A DNA stretch of 64,000 nucleotides from Spirochaetia bacterium (GCA_963677925.2 CAXXYH010000004.1:928001-992000); one strand, 5' to 3'; positions 18,318 to 28,012 are shown, counted from the stretch's first letter. Notes: generated from the letters alone by a model not told the origin. Made by a program: numbers and translations.

Positions 18318-18989
18318 ATGGCACATGTTTATACGAACATCGAGAGACCTGATAAAGAACTGATTGAAAAATACAAAGAGCAGGCTTCGGCAACTGTATA
18401 TGAAGCTTCAGGCAGAAAGGGGTCTATTGATCCTGCAATTAAACCGATAGCAAAGGGAATGAAGATCTGCGGTCCCGCAATCACTGTTGAATGCAAAGCC
18501 AACGATAATCTGATGCTTCACAAGGCCATCCAGGTGGCAAAACCCGGTGATGTAATAATTTCAACTACTCAGGCTTTTTATAATGCCGGATACTTCGGCG
18601 GGCTGATGGCTGGTTCTGCTGTAGCCAGAGGAATTGCAGGTCTTGTTATCGACGGGGGAATCAGAGACAGCGAAGAAATCATAGAAATGGGGTTTCCGAT
18701 TTTTTCAAGACAGATTTGTATACGCGGAACAGTCAAGGCTCAGCTCGGTTCTGTAAATAAACCGATTATATTCGGCGGGGAAATTGTAAATCCGGGCGAC
18801 CTGGTTCTTGGGGATGATGACGGACTCGTAATCGTTCCAAGAGAAAGAATGGAAGAGGTTCTTGAAGCTTCTCAGAAGAGAGTTCAGAAAGAGATTGAAA
18901 AGGCTGAAATACTCGGAACCGGAACTCCCGGTGTAATTGTAAACAAGCTTGACGCAGTCTTTGAACGCCTCGGCCTTATTGAGGAATAA
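18318..18989 (+). CDS. RraA family 4-hydroxy-4-methyl-2-oxoglutarate / 4-carboxy-4-hydroxy-2-oxoadipate aldolase (LigK/GalC-like)
   Basis: ATVYEA.GR.G, ICGPAITV, DNLMLH.AI, GYFGGLM, DGGIRD (catalytic Arg/Asp), PGDLVLGDDDG. Confidence 0.87.
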   Translation: MAHVYTNIERPDKELIEKYKEQASATVYEASGRKGSIDPAIKPIAKGMKICGPAITVECKANDNLMLHKAIQVAKPGDVIISTTQAFYNAGYFGGLMAGSAVARGIAGLVIDGGIRDSEEIIEMGFPIFSRQICIRGTVKAQLGSVNKPIIFGGEIVNPGDLVLGDDDGLVIVPRERMEEVLEASQKRVQKEIEKAEILGTGTPGVIVNKLDAVFERLGLIEE

Positions 18990-18990
18990 G

Positions 18991-20040
18991 ATGAAGGTAA
19001 AAAAAGAAGATCTGGCTAAGACCATTTCCCTGCTGCTTGCCGCTTACGGAGCCGGCGAGAATGAGCAGGAAACAGTTTCCAGAATAATGATAGAGGCAGA
19101 TTCAAAGGGTATTGCCACACACGGCCTGTATTTCCTTCCGATGCTTCTTCAGCGGATCGAATCAGGACTTGTGCAGGTTCCTACAAATATTACAGAGATA
19201 ACAAACGATGCTGCAATCGCTCATCTAGACGGCGGAAACGGAATCGGACAGACTGCTGCTGAAGCGGCTATGAATCTGGCCATCGAAAAAGCCGGCAAGT
19301 TCGGAATCGGAATGTGCATGCTCAGAAATACCAATCATGTCGGGCTTCTGGGTCATTACAGCCTGATGGCTGCAAACAGGGGAATGCTTGGTATATGCAT
19401 GTGCAACAGTGCCCCTGCAATGGCTCCCTGGGGCGGTGCAGAGGCTATGTTCGGCACCAATCCCTTTTCGATTGCAGCACCTGCAGCAGATAACTATCCT
19501 ATAGCTCTTGATATGTCCACAAGCCTTGTCGCCCGCGGAAAGATCCGTCGAGCACTCAGAATGAATGAGCCTATTCCTGAAGGCTGGGCCTTTGATGCCG
19601 ACGGAAAGAGCACAACCGACCCGGAAGCTGCTATGGCGGGTACACTGATGCCGGTAGGAGGTCCGAAGGGCTACGGCATGGCACTGTTTATTGATATGCT
19701 CTGCGGCCTGGTTGCCGGTTCAAGCTTCGGTAAGGATGTAAAGACCTTCCACAAGCCGCTCGGGCCTACAGGTGTCGGGTTTTCAGCAATTGCTGTTGAT
19801 ATCTCAAGGTTTATTGATAATGATAAATTTGAGGTGATGATAAAAGACTATATAGATGGAATCAAATCCTCTAAAAAAGCCGGCGGTGTTGATAAAATCT
19901 ACATGCCCGGTGAAATAGAAGCAGATAAGGAACGTAATTCACTTGAGAACGGCATTCAGGTCGATGACGGTGTAATTGAGTCCGTAAATAAACTGCTGAA
20001 AGAAAAAAGTATAAACTTTCAGTTAGGAGACGGGGTTTAA
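18991..20040 (+). CDS. Ldh_2 family NAD(P)-dependent 2-hydroxyacid dehydrogenase (ComC/AllD/YiaK-like)
   Basis: AD.KGIATHG, DGGNGIG, NHVG.LG.Y, FGTNP, LDMSTS, GGPKGYG, MPGE. Start moved to ATG 18991 just after the aldolase stop. Confidence 0.88.
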   Translation: MKVKKEDLAKTISLLLAAYGAGENEQETVSRIMIEADSKGIATHGLYFLPMLLQRIESGLVQVPTNITEITNDAAIAHLDGGNGIGQTAAEAAMNLAIEKAGKFGIGMCMLRNTNHVGLLGHYSLMAANRGMLGICMCNSAPAMAPWGGAEAMFGTNPFSIAAPAADNYPIALDMSTSLVARGKIRRALRMNEPIPEGWAFDADGKSTTDPEAAMAGTLMPVGGPKGYGMALFIDMLCGLVAGSSFGKDVKTFHKPLGPTGVGFSAIAVDISRFIDNDKFEVMIKDYIDGIKSSKKAGGVDKIYMPGEIEADKERNSLENGIQVDDGVIESVNKLLKEKSINFQLGDGV

Positions 20041-20044
20041 TTCA

Positions 20045-21775
20045 ATGAACAAAATTCTAAGGGTAGATACAAGAACCGGTAATATCCGTTTTGTGAAACC
20101 GACAGAAGAAGAAATGCATGAAGGCGGCAGGTCGTTTATAGCAAACCACCTGATGAGAGAGGTTGATCCGGGATGTGATCCGCTCGGCCGTAAAAATCAT
20201 CTGATTATAGCAACCGGACTTCTCGGCGATACCAATCTTACAACTGCCGGAAGGCTTTCCATCGGCGGAAAGAGTCCTCTGACAGGCGGTGTCAAAGAGA
20301 GCAATGTCGGCGGCCTGGTCGGCAGAAGAATGGGCCGGATGGGTATTAAGGCTGTTATTCTTGAAGATGTACCTGAAAGCAGCAAGTGCTATGTTCTTGT
20401 TGTTAAAAATGATTCAGCTGTTCTGGTTGAAAAACCGGAACTTAAATGGATGGAAGCCAGTCCGACAATTAAGGTTCTTAAAGAAGAATACGGCGAGAAG
20501 GTCGGCGTTCTCTGTATCGGCCCTGCCGGTGAATATAAACTTGGGGCCGCAGTTGTTGCCACCACCGATCATACCGGTCTGCAGCTTAGAACTGCCGGAA
20601 GAGGCGGTCTTGGAGCTGTAATGGGCGCAAAGGGTGTGAAGGCTGTTGTTTTTGACGATGCAGGCGCAAAGCCTGATACTCTTGCTGATCCGGAAGCTTT
20701 CAAGGCTGCAGTACGTGAAGTTGCCGCAATTATAAAGGCAGATCCCAAAACTGACAACAGACATGAATTCGGTACTCCTGCAGTACTCGGAACATGTAAT
20801 GCAATCGGCATACTCCCGACCAGAAACTTCAGTTCCGGCAGTTTTGAACTGGCTGATGAAATTAACGGGGACAAGGTAGCCGAACTTATAGTCAGCCGCG
20901 GCGGCGAAGGCAAACGCGGACTTCCCTGCGTAATGGGCTGTATGATTCAATGTTCAAATATTTTTCCCGACCCGGAGGGAAAGGCTCATGTTGCTTCACT
21001 TCAGTATGAAAACATCGCCCTTCTGGGTTCAAACTGCGGAATCGGCGACATTGATGAAATTGCCATCCTTAACGATCTTGCAAACGAGGTAGGTATTGAT
21101 GCCATAGACGGCGGTGCGGCTGTCGGCATTGCCATGGAAGCCGGACTGCTTGAGTTCGGCGATTCCGAAGGGGCCAAGGATCTTCTTCGTCAGGTCGGTC
21201 AGGGAACACCATTCGGACGTATCATCGGTTCCGGAGCAGTAGCAACCGGAAAGGTTCTGGGAATAACAAGAATCCCTGCTACCAAGGGCCAGGCAATGCC
21301 GGCCTATGACCCGAGATCCCTGAAGGGCATCGGCGTAACCTACGCTATGTCGCCAATGGGCGCGGATCACACTGCCGGAAATACCCTTGAAACAGTGAAA
21401 TATCTGGATCCGAGAGGTACTGAAGGCCAGGTTGCAATATCATACAGACTTCAGGTGAGGGGTGCCCTTTTAGACAGTTTCGGGGTATGTCTTTTTCTAA
21501 GACCTGCCTTTGTCAAAGATCCTGAACTTGCAGCAAGACTTCTCAATGCCCGTTACGGCTGGACACTTACTTACAGGGATGTTCAGAAGATGTTTATTGA
21601 CTGCCTTAATGTTGAGCGTGAGTTTAATGAGAAGGCCGGTATTGATTCGAACAAGTGCGATATTCCCGAGTTTATGAGAGAAGAACCACTCCCGCCTTTC
21701 AACACTGTATTTGATGTGAGCAAGGCTGAGATGGATGCTATATGGGATGTGAAAATACAGGAGGACATTTTCTAA
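20045..21775 (+). CDS. aor: Aldehyde:ferredoxin oxidoreductase (W/Mo-bis-pterin AOR family)
   Basis: KSPLTGGVKESNVGG, CIGPAGE, GRGGLGAVMG.KGVKAVV, C-x3-C-x3-C plus distal Cys, GID motif, PAYDPR, MGADHT. Confidence 0.9.
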   Translation: MNKILRVDTRTGNIRFVKPTEEEMHEGGRSFIANHLMREVDPGCDPLGRKNHLIIATGLLGDTNLTTAGRLSIGGKSPLTGGVKESNVGGLVGRRMGRMGIKAVILEDVPESSKCYVLVVKNDSAVLVEKPELKWMEASPTIKVLKEEYGEKVGVLCIGPAGEYKLGAAVVATTDHTGLQLRTAGRGGLGAVMGAKGVKAVVFDDAGAKPDTLADPEAFKAAVREVAAIIKADPKTDNRHEFGTPAVLGTCNAIGILPTRNFSSGSFELADEINGDKVAELIVSRGGEGKRGLPCVMGCMIQCSNIFPDPEGKAHVASLQYENIALLGSNCGIGDIDEIAILNDLANEVGIDAIDGGAAVGIAMEAGLLEFGDSEGAKDLLRQVGQGTPFGRIIGSGAVATGKVLGITRIPATKGQAMPAYDPRSLKGIGVTYAMSPMGADHTAGNTLETVKYLDPRGTEGQVAISYRLQVRGALLDSFGVCLFLRPAFVKDPELAARLLNARYGWTLTYRDVQKMFIDCLNVEREFNEKAGIDSNKCDIPEFMREEPLPPFNTVFDVSKAEMDAIWDVKIQEDIF

Positions 21776-21776
21776 A

Positions 21777-22535
21777 ATGGCGGATTGTAAATATGATTTT
21801 GAAGGAAGAATCTGTGTTGTTACAGGTGCTTCAAGGGGTATCGGCGGCAGCATAGCCAGAATGATGCTCGAAGCCGGTGCAAGCCTTGCTCTTCTCGATA
21901 TGAATACCGAGGGAGCAGAAGCCCTTGCAGCAGAGTTCGACCCGGAAGGGAAGCGGACAATCTGCTGTAAAGTTAATGTCACAAACGAAGCAGATGTTAA
22001 GGCTGCTGTGGAAAAAGTGACCGCTAAGTTCGGAGGAATTGATATTCTTGTGAATGTTGCGGGTATTCTTAAGCACAAGCCTATCAACGAACTGAGCCTT
22101 GAGGATTTTACCTCGGTTGTAGATGTAAATCTTACCGGAACCTTTCTGATGTGCCGTGAAGTCACTCCGGTAATGAAAAAGAAGGGCCGCGGCAAGATTG
22201 TAAACATGGCCTCGCTCGGCGGAGAAACATCACGGAAAGTTGGCTGTAACTATGCCGGTTCAAAAGCAGGTGTTATGGGGCTTACAAAGTGTCTGGCCGG
22301 AGAGCTGGGTCCTGACGGAATATATGTGAATGCAATCAATCCCGGACCTATTATGACGGAGCTTACAAAGCAGGTGCCGCCTGAGGTTTTTGAAATATGG
22401 AATGAAGGCAGAAAGATTATTAAGGACGGAACGCCGGAAGATGTAGCAATGTCGGTTATGTTTCTGGCGTCGGAACAGTCCGACTGGATTACGGGTGTAG
22501 CGCTGGATGTAAACGGCGGAATATATATAGCTTAA
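21777..22535 (+). CDS. Short-chain dehydrogenase/reductase (probably NAD-preferring)
   Basis: TGASRGIG, acidic residue after beta2 (LLDMN), NVAG, YAGSK catalytic motif. Confidence 0.9.
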   Translation: MADCKYDFEGRICVVTGASRGIGGSIARMMLEAGASLALLDMNTEGAEALAAEFDPEGKRTICCKVNVTNEADVKAAVEKVTAKFGGIDILVNVAGILKHKPINELSLEDFTSVVDVNLTGTFLMCREVTPVMKKKGRGKIVNMASLGGETSRKVGCNYAGSKAGVMGLTKCLAGELGPDGIYVNAINPGPIMTELTKQVPPEVFEIWNEGRKIIKDGTPEDVAMSVMFLASEQSDWITGVALDVNGGIYIA

Positions 22536-22553
22536 AGATTTTTTGGAGGAAAT

Positions 22554-22919
22554 ATGGCTAAAACTATAGCAGTTAACATTAAAGATGTAACTCCGGTAAA
22601 AAGAGAACCGGCAAGAACATCTTGGACACTGGTTTCAGAAAAAACAGTAGGCGCTCAGAACCTTGCAGTTGGTGTTAATGAAACACCTGCCGGAAGTCAG
22701 GTTCCTGAGCATGAACATAACGTTGAAGAAGAAGTAATGTTCTTCGTAGCAGGCAGAGGCGTTTTCGTAACCGAAGATCAGGAAATACCTCTGGAGCCGG
22801 GTGTATGTGTTTACAATCCGCCGGGAGGAAAACACAAGATCCTCAACACAGGTGAAGAAACATTAAGATTCGTATGGATCTACGCACCTCAGCTTCCAAG
22901 CCACAGAATAGACGGATAA
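22554..22919 (+). CDS. Cupin domain protein
   Basis: Cupin motif 1 PEHEH..EEE.MFF..G.G and motif 2 PG...YNPPG.KH.I.NTG. Confidence 0.88.
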   Translation: MAKTIAVNIKDVTPVKREPARTSWTLVSEKTVGAQNLAVGVNETPAGSQVPEHEHNVEEEVMFFVAGRGVFVTEDQEIPLEPGVCVYNPPGGKHKILNTGEETLRFVWIYAPQLPSHRIDG

Positions 22920-22929
22920 GGAGAAAATA

Positions 22930-23898
22930 ATGGGTAATTGGGACCTTCCGCGCAAGGGCGGAAAAATGGAAAGTACTGATAAAATTTATTATCAGACTAT
23001 GACAAAAAGAGAACTTGAAGAAAGACTCAAGGTTAACGATGTTATCCTTATTCCTTTCGGTTCAACTGAAAACCACGGTGATTCACAGCCGATGGGCGAA
23101 GACGTATTCATCGTTACAAGAATGTGTGAAATGATTGCTGAAAAAACCGGATGTACAGTTGCAGAACCAATGTGGTACGCTTCTCATCCGTTCTCACACC
23201 TCGGTCAGAAATTTACAGTGCCTATCTCAGACGATGTAAACTCTGCACTTGTACGCCAGATAATTTCAGGTTACTGGAATGCAGGTTTCAGAAAAATGAT
23301 CCTCATGAGCAGCCACGGCCAGGAATACATCATTCCTTCAGCTATGCAGGAATGGGCAAAGAAATATCAGCTTCCGGCAATGATCTTTTTCATGGATGTA
23401 TGGAAAATTTCCGGTCAGGCAATGATGGACAAAGAACACGGCGGTCCGTTTGAGACTCCTTTCAGACACGGTGATGAAGCTGAAAACTCAGTCTGTCTTG
23501 CTCTGTTTGAAGAATTCGTACAGATGGAACACGCTGTTGATACAGAATGCTGGGGTTTCCTGCCTCCCGGTCATATCGACAAGGGCGGAGACATTTACGG
23601 CATGCCCATGGCAGGTCAGAGCGCTATCGGCGGCGGCGGAGTGGAGTTTGCCATCTATCCTGAAGGAGTTCTTGGAAAGCCTTCACTTGCAAAGGCTGAA
23701 AAAGCATTCGGCGCCATCGAAGCATACTGTGACTACGTGGTTAAGCTTCACAACGATATACTTGATAAATTTCCTGCAGGTAAACTTCCTGATGCTGAAT
23801 ATATGTCACAGAGAAGCAAGGAAGAAATCGAAGCTCTTCTCAAGGGACCGGATCAGCCCGGTGGAAAGCACATCTGGACTATAGCCTGGCCATCCTGA
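22930..23898 (+). CDS. iolN: Creatininase-family C-C hydrolase, 3-dehydro-scyllo-inosose hydrolase (IolN)-like
   Basis: YYQTMT..E..ERLK..D.I.IPFGSTENHG, GED, AEP.WY.SHP, GYWNAGFRK, HGQE, GGPFETPF.HGDE.E, GHIDK.G, YPEGV.GK, FPAGKLP: matches the Thermotoga IolN pattern as I recall it; the substrate may differ. Confidence 0.78.
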   Translation: MGNWDLPRKGGKMESTDKIYYQTMTKRELEERLKVNDVILIPFGSTENHGDSQPMGEDVFIVTRMCEMIAEKTGCTVAEPMWYASHPFSHLGQKFTVPISDDVNSALVRQIISGYWNAGFRKMILMSSHGQEYIIPSAMQEWAKKYQLPAMIFFMDVWKISGQAMMDKEHGGPFETPFRHGDEAENSVCLALFEEFVQMEHAVDTECWGFLPPGHIDKGGDIYGMPMAGQSAIGGGGVEFAIYPEGVLGKPSLAKAEKAFGAIEAYCDYVVKLHNDILDKFPAGKLPDAEYMSQRSKEEIEALLKGPDQPGGKHIWTIAWPS

Positions 23899-23923
23899 TA
23901 AGAAATCTGATAGGAGAGTGTAG

Positions 23924-24955
23924 ATGAAAGCGATAGTTAAAACTTCAGCTGAGCCTGGAGTATTTGAAGTAAAAGATGTACCTAAGCCTGAGGTAACCGA
24001 AAACCATGTACTGGTTCAGGTTAAGGCTACAGGTCTGTGCTACAGCGACTTTTCAATTCTTAATGCAACTTACACCGGAAGAAAGCCTGTGCCAATTCCT
24101 GTAATTATGGGCCATGAGGGTTCCGGTGTTATTGCTGAAATAGGCCGCGGCGTAAAGGGGCTTGAAGTAGGTCAGAGAGTAGCATTTGAAGCATTAAGCG
24201 GATGCGGTGTCTGTATTAACTGCCGGAAGGGCAACAAGAACATGTGTGAAGACTGGGATCACATAGGTATTACCTATGATGGTACTTTTGCCGAGTATGT
24301 TCTTCTTCCTGCACAGCTGATACACCCGCTTGCAGATAACATTTCTTTTGTTGATGCTGCCATCATGGAGCCTTTGAGTCTTGTAGTCCGCTCACTCGAG
24401 CATGTGCAGCCTCAGATTGGTGAAACCGCAGTTATTATCGGACCGGGAACAGTAGGACTTCTTCACCTTCAGGCACTCAAGTCTGCCGGTGTCGCAAAAA
24501 TTATTATCATCGGTCTTGATCCTGATGCAAAGAGATTTGAACTTGCCAAGGAACTTGGGGCTACTCATATTGTAAATGCAAGTAATGAGGATCCTGTAAA
24601 GGCAGTTGAAAGGATTACCGGCGGACTCAGAGCGGATATTCTGATTGAGACTGCAAGTTCTCCGAAGGTCTGGGATTATATGCTGGATCTGGTTGCTGCA
24701 AAAGGTCGTGTTTCCTGTTTCGGTCTTTATACTGAATCGAATTTTCAGCCAATCAAGGCCATCAGAAGCGGTATTACTATCTACGGTGACGTTGCATTCC
24801 TTGAGAGACACTTCATTAAGGGCCTGAGCTGGCTTGAAGCCGGTAAGGTTTCAGGTGAGGCCCTTGTTACTAAGAGGTACTCACTCGATGAGGCCGAACA
24901 GGCAATCAAGGATTTCAAGGCAAAAGAAACTGTAAAATGTATGTTTGAACTTTAA
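23924..24955 (+). CDS. Zn-dependent medium-chain alcohol dehydrogenase (Tdh/sorbitol-DH-like)
   Basis: GLCYSD, GHEGSG, CGVCINCR.G..NMC, GPGTVG. Confidence 0.9.
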   Translation: MKAIVKTSAEPGVFEVKDVPKPEVTENHVLVQVKATGLCYSDFSILNATYTGRKPVPIPVIMGHEGSGVIAEIGRGVKGLEVGQRVAFEALSGCGVCINCRKGNKNMCEDWDHIGITYDGTFAEYVLLPAQLIHPLADNISFVDAAIMEPLSLVVRSLEHVQPQIGETAVIIGPGTVGLLHLQALKSAGVAKIIIIGLDPDAKRFELAKELGATHIVNASNEDPVKAVERITGGLRADILIETASSPKVWDYMLDLVAAKGRVSCFGLYTESNFQPIKAIRSGITIYGDVAFLERHFIKGLSWLEAGKVSGEALVTKRYSLDEAEQAIKDFKAKETVKCMFEL

Positions 24956-24973
24956 TCGATTTTTAATTTCAAG

Positions 24974-25009
24974 CAGTCGGGACACCATGGCTGGGGTTCC
25001 CGACTGTTT
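24974..25009 (+). terminator. Rho-independent terminator closing the core operon
   Basis: CAGTCGGGA...TCCCGACTG stem followed by TTTC. Confidence 0.6.
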
Positions 25010-25058
25010 CTATTCCTGATTAAAAAAAAACAACACTCGAATTATTTTAGAAGGGGAG

Positions 25059-25982
25059 TTGAGTGTTATGAAATTGTTTCCGCATCCCGGGTATGAAGTC
25101 CTGTTTAATTTACCTGCTGATCAGCTTGAGCTTTTTAAAAAACTTGCACCGTACCGTAAATATAATGCACCGGAAGAACTCGAAATTACCGACAGCTCAG
25201 TGCCCGGTCTGAACGGCGCACCTGATGTGAAAATCCGCATATACAAAAGAAAAGGGCTTGGAAGAACTCCCATGCTTTTAAATATTCACGGCGGCGGATT
25301 TGTATCCGGAGATCTTGATAACGATAACCACCGGTGTACCGGATTTGCGATGAATGTGGACTGCGCTGTTGTTTCTGTTGAATACCGGCTTTCTCCAGAA
25401 CATGTCTTTCCTGCCGCACTCGAAGACTGCCGGGCTGTCCTCGAACACGCCTATGAAAATCCCGATCATTACGGTATCGACAGGGATAATATTGCTGTTT
25501 TCGGAACCAGTGCAGGCGGATGTATTGCCGCCGGTTTGTGTCTTTATCTCCGGGATCATAAAGGTCCGGCGATAAAAATGCAGATTCTTAATTTTCCTGT
25601 TCTTTCCGGTATAGCTGTTACCAATTCTGCAAAGATGCTTTATGAGGGAACTCCGATGGTTAAAGGTGAGGGCCTCTCTGATGTTGTACAGCTCTATCTC
25701 GGCAGCTATAACGGTTATGCACCCTCTTATTATGCACTTCCGGCTCTGGCACGCGATTTATACGGACTTCCGCCGGCCTTTGTTGTAACATGCGAATACG
25801 ATCCTCTGCGTGATGAAGGCATTGATTATGCAAAACGTCTGATGGAATTTGCGGTGCCGACGGAATTGCACAGTATGCCGAGAGTTTCACATGGTTATGA
25901 CCTGGTGAACGAAGCTCCACTTACAAAGTGGATTCGTGAGGGTATGTATTTGTCGCTTAAACGGGAATTCGGGCAGCTTTAG
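25059..25982 (+). CDS. Hormone-sensitive-lipase-family esterase
   Basis: HGGGF oxyanion motif, VEYRL.PEH.FP, GTSAGG, EYDPLRDEG, HG. Confidence 0.9.
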   Translation: MSVMKLFPHPGYEVLFNLPADQLELFKKLAPYRKYNAPEELEITDSSVPGLNGAPDVKIRIYKRKGLGRTPMLLNIHGGGFVSGDLDNDNHRCTGFAMNVDCAVVSVEYRLSPEHVFPAALEDCRAVLEHAYENPDHYGIDRDNIAVFGTSAGGCIAAGLCLYLRDHKGPAIKMQILNFPVLSGIAVTNSAKMLYEGTPMVKGEGLSDVVQLYLGSYNGYAPSYYALPALARDLYGLPPAFVVTCEYDPLRDEGIDYAKRLMEFAVPTELHSMPRVSHGYDLVNEAPLTKWIREGMYLSLKREFGQL

Positions 25983-26045
25983 GAAATAATGGTTTTTGAT
26001 AAAACTGTTTCTTCAAGTAGAAATATAGTTTAAACTGGAAAAAAG

Positions 26046-26095
26046 TTGACAGATTTCTATTCGGAGCTTAGGATAAATAATCTGAGTATAATCTG
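26046..26095 (+). promoter_or_regulatory. Promoter/operator of TRAP operon 1
   Basis: TTGACA-17 nt-TAGGAT followed by TGAGTATAATCTG (26083-26095). Confidence 0.55.
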
Positions 26096-26155
26096 TATAT
26101 ACTTAAGATATTTTTTAATCGATATTTGTTTTTCGATAAGGGGAGGTTTTTCCAG

Positions 26156-26647
26156 GTGGCTGTTTTTCACAAAATAGAGAGGCATTTGGAGGAAGGAGCA
26201 ATGATTCTTCTTCTGATTGGCATCGGAGTAATAATGCTGCTCCAGGTAATACTGCGGTATGTTTTCATGGCTCCGCTCAGCTGGGCGGAAGAGGTGTGCC
26301 GCTATATGTTTGTCTGGACTGCGTTTTTAAGTATAGGTTACTGCTTCAGGCTGGATAAAATACTTGCTGTAGATGCACTATATTCAAAGTTTCCGGCATT
26401 GCCGCGCAGGGTTATTGATGTAGTGGCGGCAATTATGACATTCGGACTGTTTTCATTTTTCTTTTACCGCTCAATCATGATATTCATGGCAATAGCAAGG
26501 ACGGGGCAGGTCAGTTCTGCTCTCGAAATTCCCATGCAGTTTGTTTACCTTGCAGCTCCGGTGGGCTTCGGTCTTGGAGTTGTCCGTTATGTTCAGTCAA
26601 AAATTATTAAATTCAGAGCGTCAGCTAAAGAGGGGAGTTCGAAATGA
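26156..26647 (+). CDS. dctQ: TRAP transporter small permease
   Basis: QV.LRYVF..PLSWAEE..RY, four TM segments. Start moved to GTG 26156 behind GGGAGG. Confidence 0.88.
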   Translation: MAVFHKIERHLEEGAMILLLIGIGVIMLLQVILRYVFMAPLSWAEEVCRYMFVWTAFLSIGYCFRLDKILAVDALYSKFPALPRRVIDVVAAIMTFGLFSFFFYRSIMIFMAIARTGQVSSALEIPMQFVYLAAPVGFGLGVVRYVQSKIIKFRASAKEGSSK

Positions 26648-27951
26648 TAGTTGGTCTTGCGTTTATTGTATTTTTTGCACTTCTCTTTCTCGGTATTCCC
26701 ATTGTTACTTCAATGGGCCTTACAACCCTTTTCCCTCTGCTTATCGGTTCCAATGTTCCATATAAAGTCGATACTGTAATCCGCTGGGCAATACAGGGAG
26801 CGGACAGTATTCCGCTCATTGCCATTCCGATGTTCATCCTGGCCGGAGCTGTTATGGCCCGCGGTGATATCTCAAAGAAGCTTTTTGATGTTTTCGCCTA
26901 TTTAATCGGCCGCCGTACCGCAGGTCTTCCCATTGCTGCAATTGTTACCGCACTTTTTTACGGCGCAATTTCAGGAAGCGGAGTAGCTACTGCAGCTGCA
27001 GTAGGCGGAATGACTATTCCGCTGCTTGTAGACAAACTGGGTTATGACAGGAAGTTCATAGCGGCAATGGTGGCTACGGCAGGAGGGCTGGGTGTAATTA
27101 TCCCACCGAGTATTCCGTTTATCTTTTACGGAATGATGACACAGACTTCAGTCGGCGAAATATTTGTTGCCGGTATAATTCCCGGCATACTCATCGCCCT
27201 CTCTCTTATGGTTTATACATTTATCTACTGCAAGAAAAACGGTGAAGACCGGCTGAAGATTGATACGGCGGTTGATGAGCTTAAAGCCAAGGGTTTTTTC
27301 AGGGTGTTCAGGGAAAGTTTCTTTGCTCTGATGTCTCCGGTTATCATCCTGGGCGGTATTTACAGCGGAATTGTTACTCCGACAGAGGCTGCAACTATTT
27401 CAGTTGCATATTCCCTGATTGTTTCGCTGTTTATCTACAAAACTATAAAGTTTAATGAGATTATCCCGATTTTTGCCAAGGCTGTTTCACAGTATGCGCC
27501 GCTGGTAATGGTAATTGCCCTTGCAATGTCTTTCAGCCGCATGATGACTGTTTTAAAGACTGCAAGTATAGTAGGTGCTTTTGTCTCCAGTGTCCTTTCG
27601 ACTCCATTCCTTTTTATCATCGGAATAATAATTCTTCTGCTGCTCATGGGAATGGTTATGGATGTAGGTTTTGCAGTTGTAATTCTCGGTCCGGTGTTTG
27701 CTCCGGTAGGTGTAATGATGGGGGTAAGCCCTGTTCATCTTTGTATCATCATGGTTTCCTGTCTAGCTATAGGAATGGTAACGCCTCCATTCGGTATGAA
27801 CCTCTTTGTAATTTCACCGATGGTAAACGAGAACGCATTCTCTGTGGGCCGCAAGGCCATCCCCTTTGTGCTGAGTTTCGGTATTGCCCTTTTGCTTATA
27901 GCATTCATACCGGATATAAGTTTGTTTCTTGTTAATCTGATGAGAGGTTGA
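26644..27951 (+). CDS. dctM: TRAP transporter large permease
   Basis: AIPMFILAG, FYGAISGSG.ATAAA.G, IIPPSIP, TPTEAA, TPPFG.NLF. Confidence 0.92.
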   Translation: MIVGLAFIVFFALLFLGIPIVTSMGLTTLFPLLIGSNVPYKVDTVIRWAIQGADSIPLIAIPMFILAGAVMARGDISKKLFDVFAYLIGRRTAGLPIAAIVTALFYGAISGSGVATAAAVGGMTIPLLVDKLGYDRKFIAAMVATAGGLGVIIPPSIPFIFYGMMTQTSVGEIFVAGIIPGILIALSLMVYTFIYCKKNGEDRLKIDTAVDELKAKGFFRVFRESFFALMSPVIILGGIYSGIVTPTEAATISVAYSLIVSLFIYKTIKFNEIIPIFAKAVSQYAPLVMVIALAMSFSRMMTVLKTASIVGAFVSSVLSTPFLFIIGIIILLLLMGMVMDVGFAVVILGPVFAPVGVMMGVSPVHLCIIMVSCLAIGMVTPPFGMNLFVISPMVNENAFSVGRKAIPFVLSFGIALLLIAFIPDISLFLVNLMRG

Positions 27952-28012
27952 CCAATAATTTAGGCTAAATCGTGTTTTACACACGCAGTATATATTTTCG
28001 AAGGAGTGTTTA

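Noticed and set aside
18318-18989. Annotation as RNase E inhibitor RraA or as evidence of aerobic protocatechuate/gallate meta-cleavage
   Set aside because: Length and motifs fit the aldolase subgroup, and no ring-cleavage dioxygenase, PDC lactonase or OMA hydratase is in the window; the oxygen-sensitive AOR points to anaerobic chemistry.
22930-24955. Straight Thermotoga-type inositol pathway (iolG-M-N-O)
   Set aside because: No Gfo/Idh/MocA inositol dehydrogenase, gluconate kinase or sugar ABC importer; importers are TRAP-type and the aldolase/AOR/Ldh_2 genes would be unexplained. Not fully excluded.
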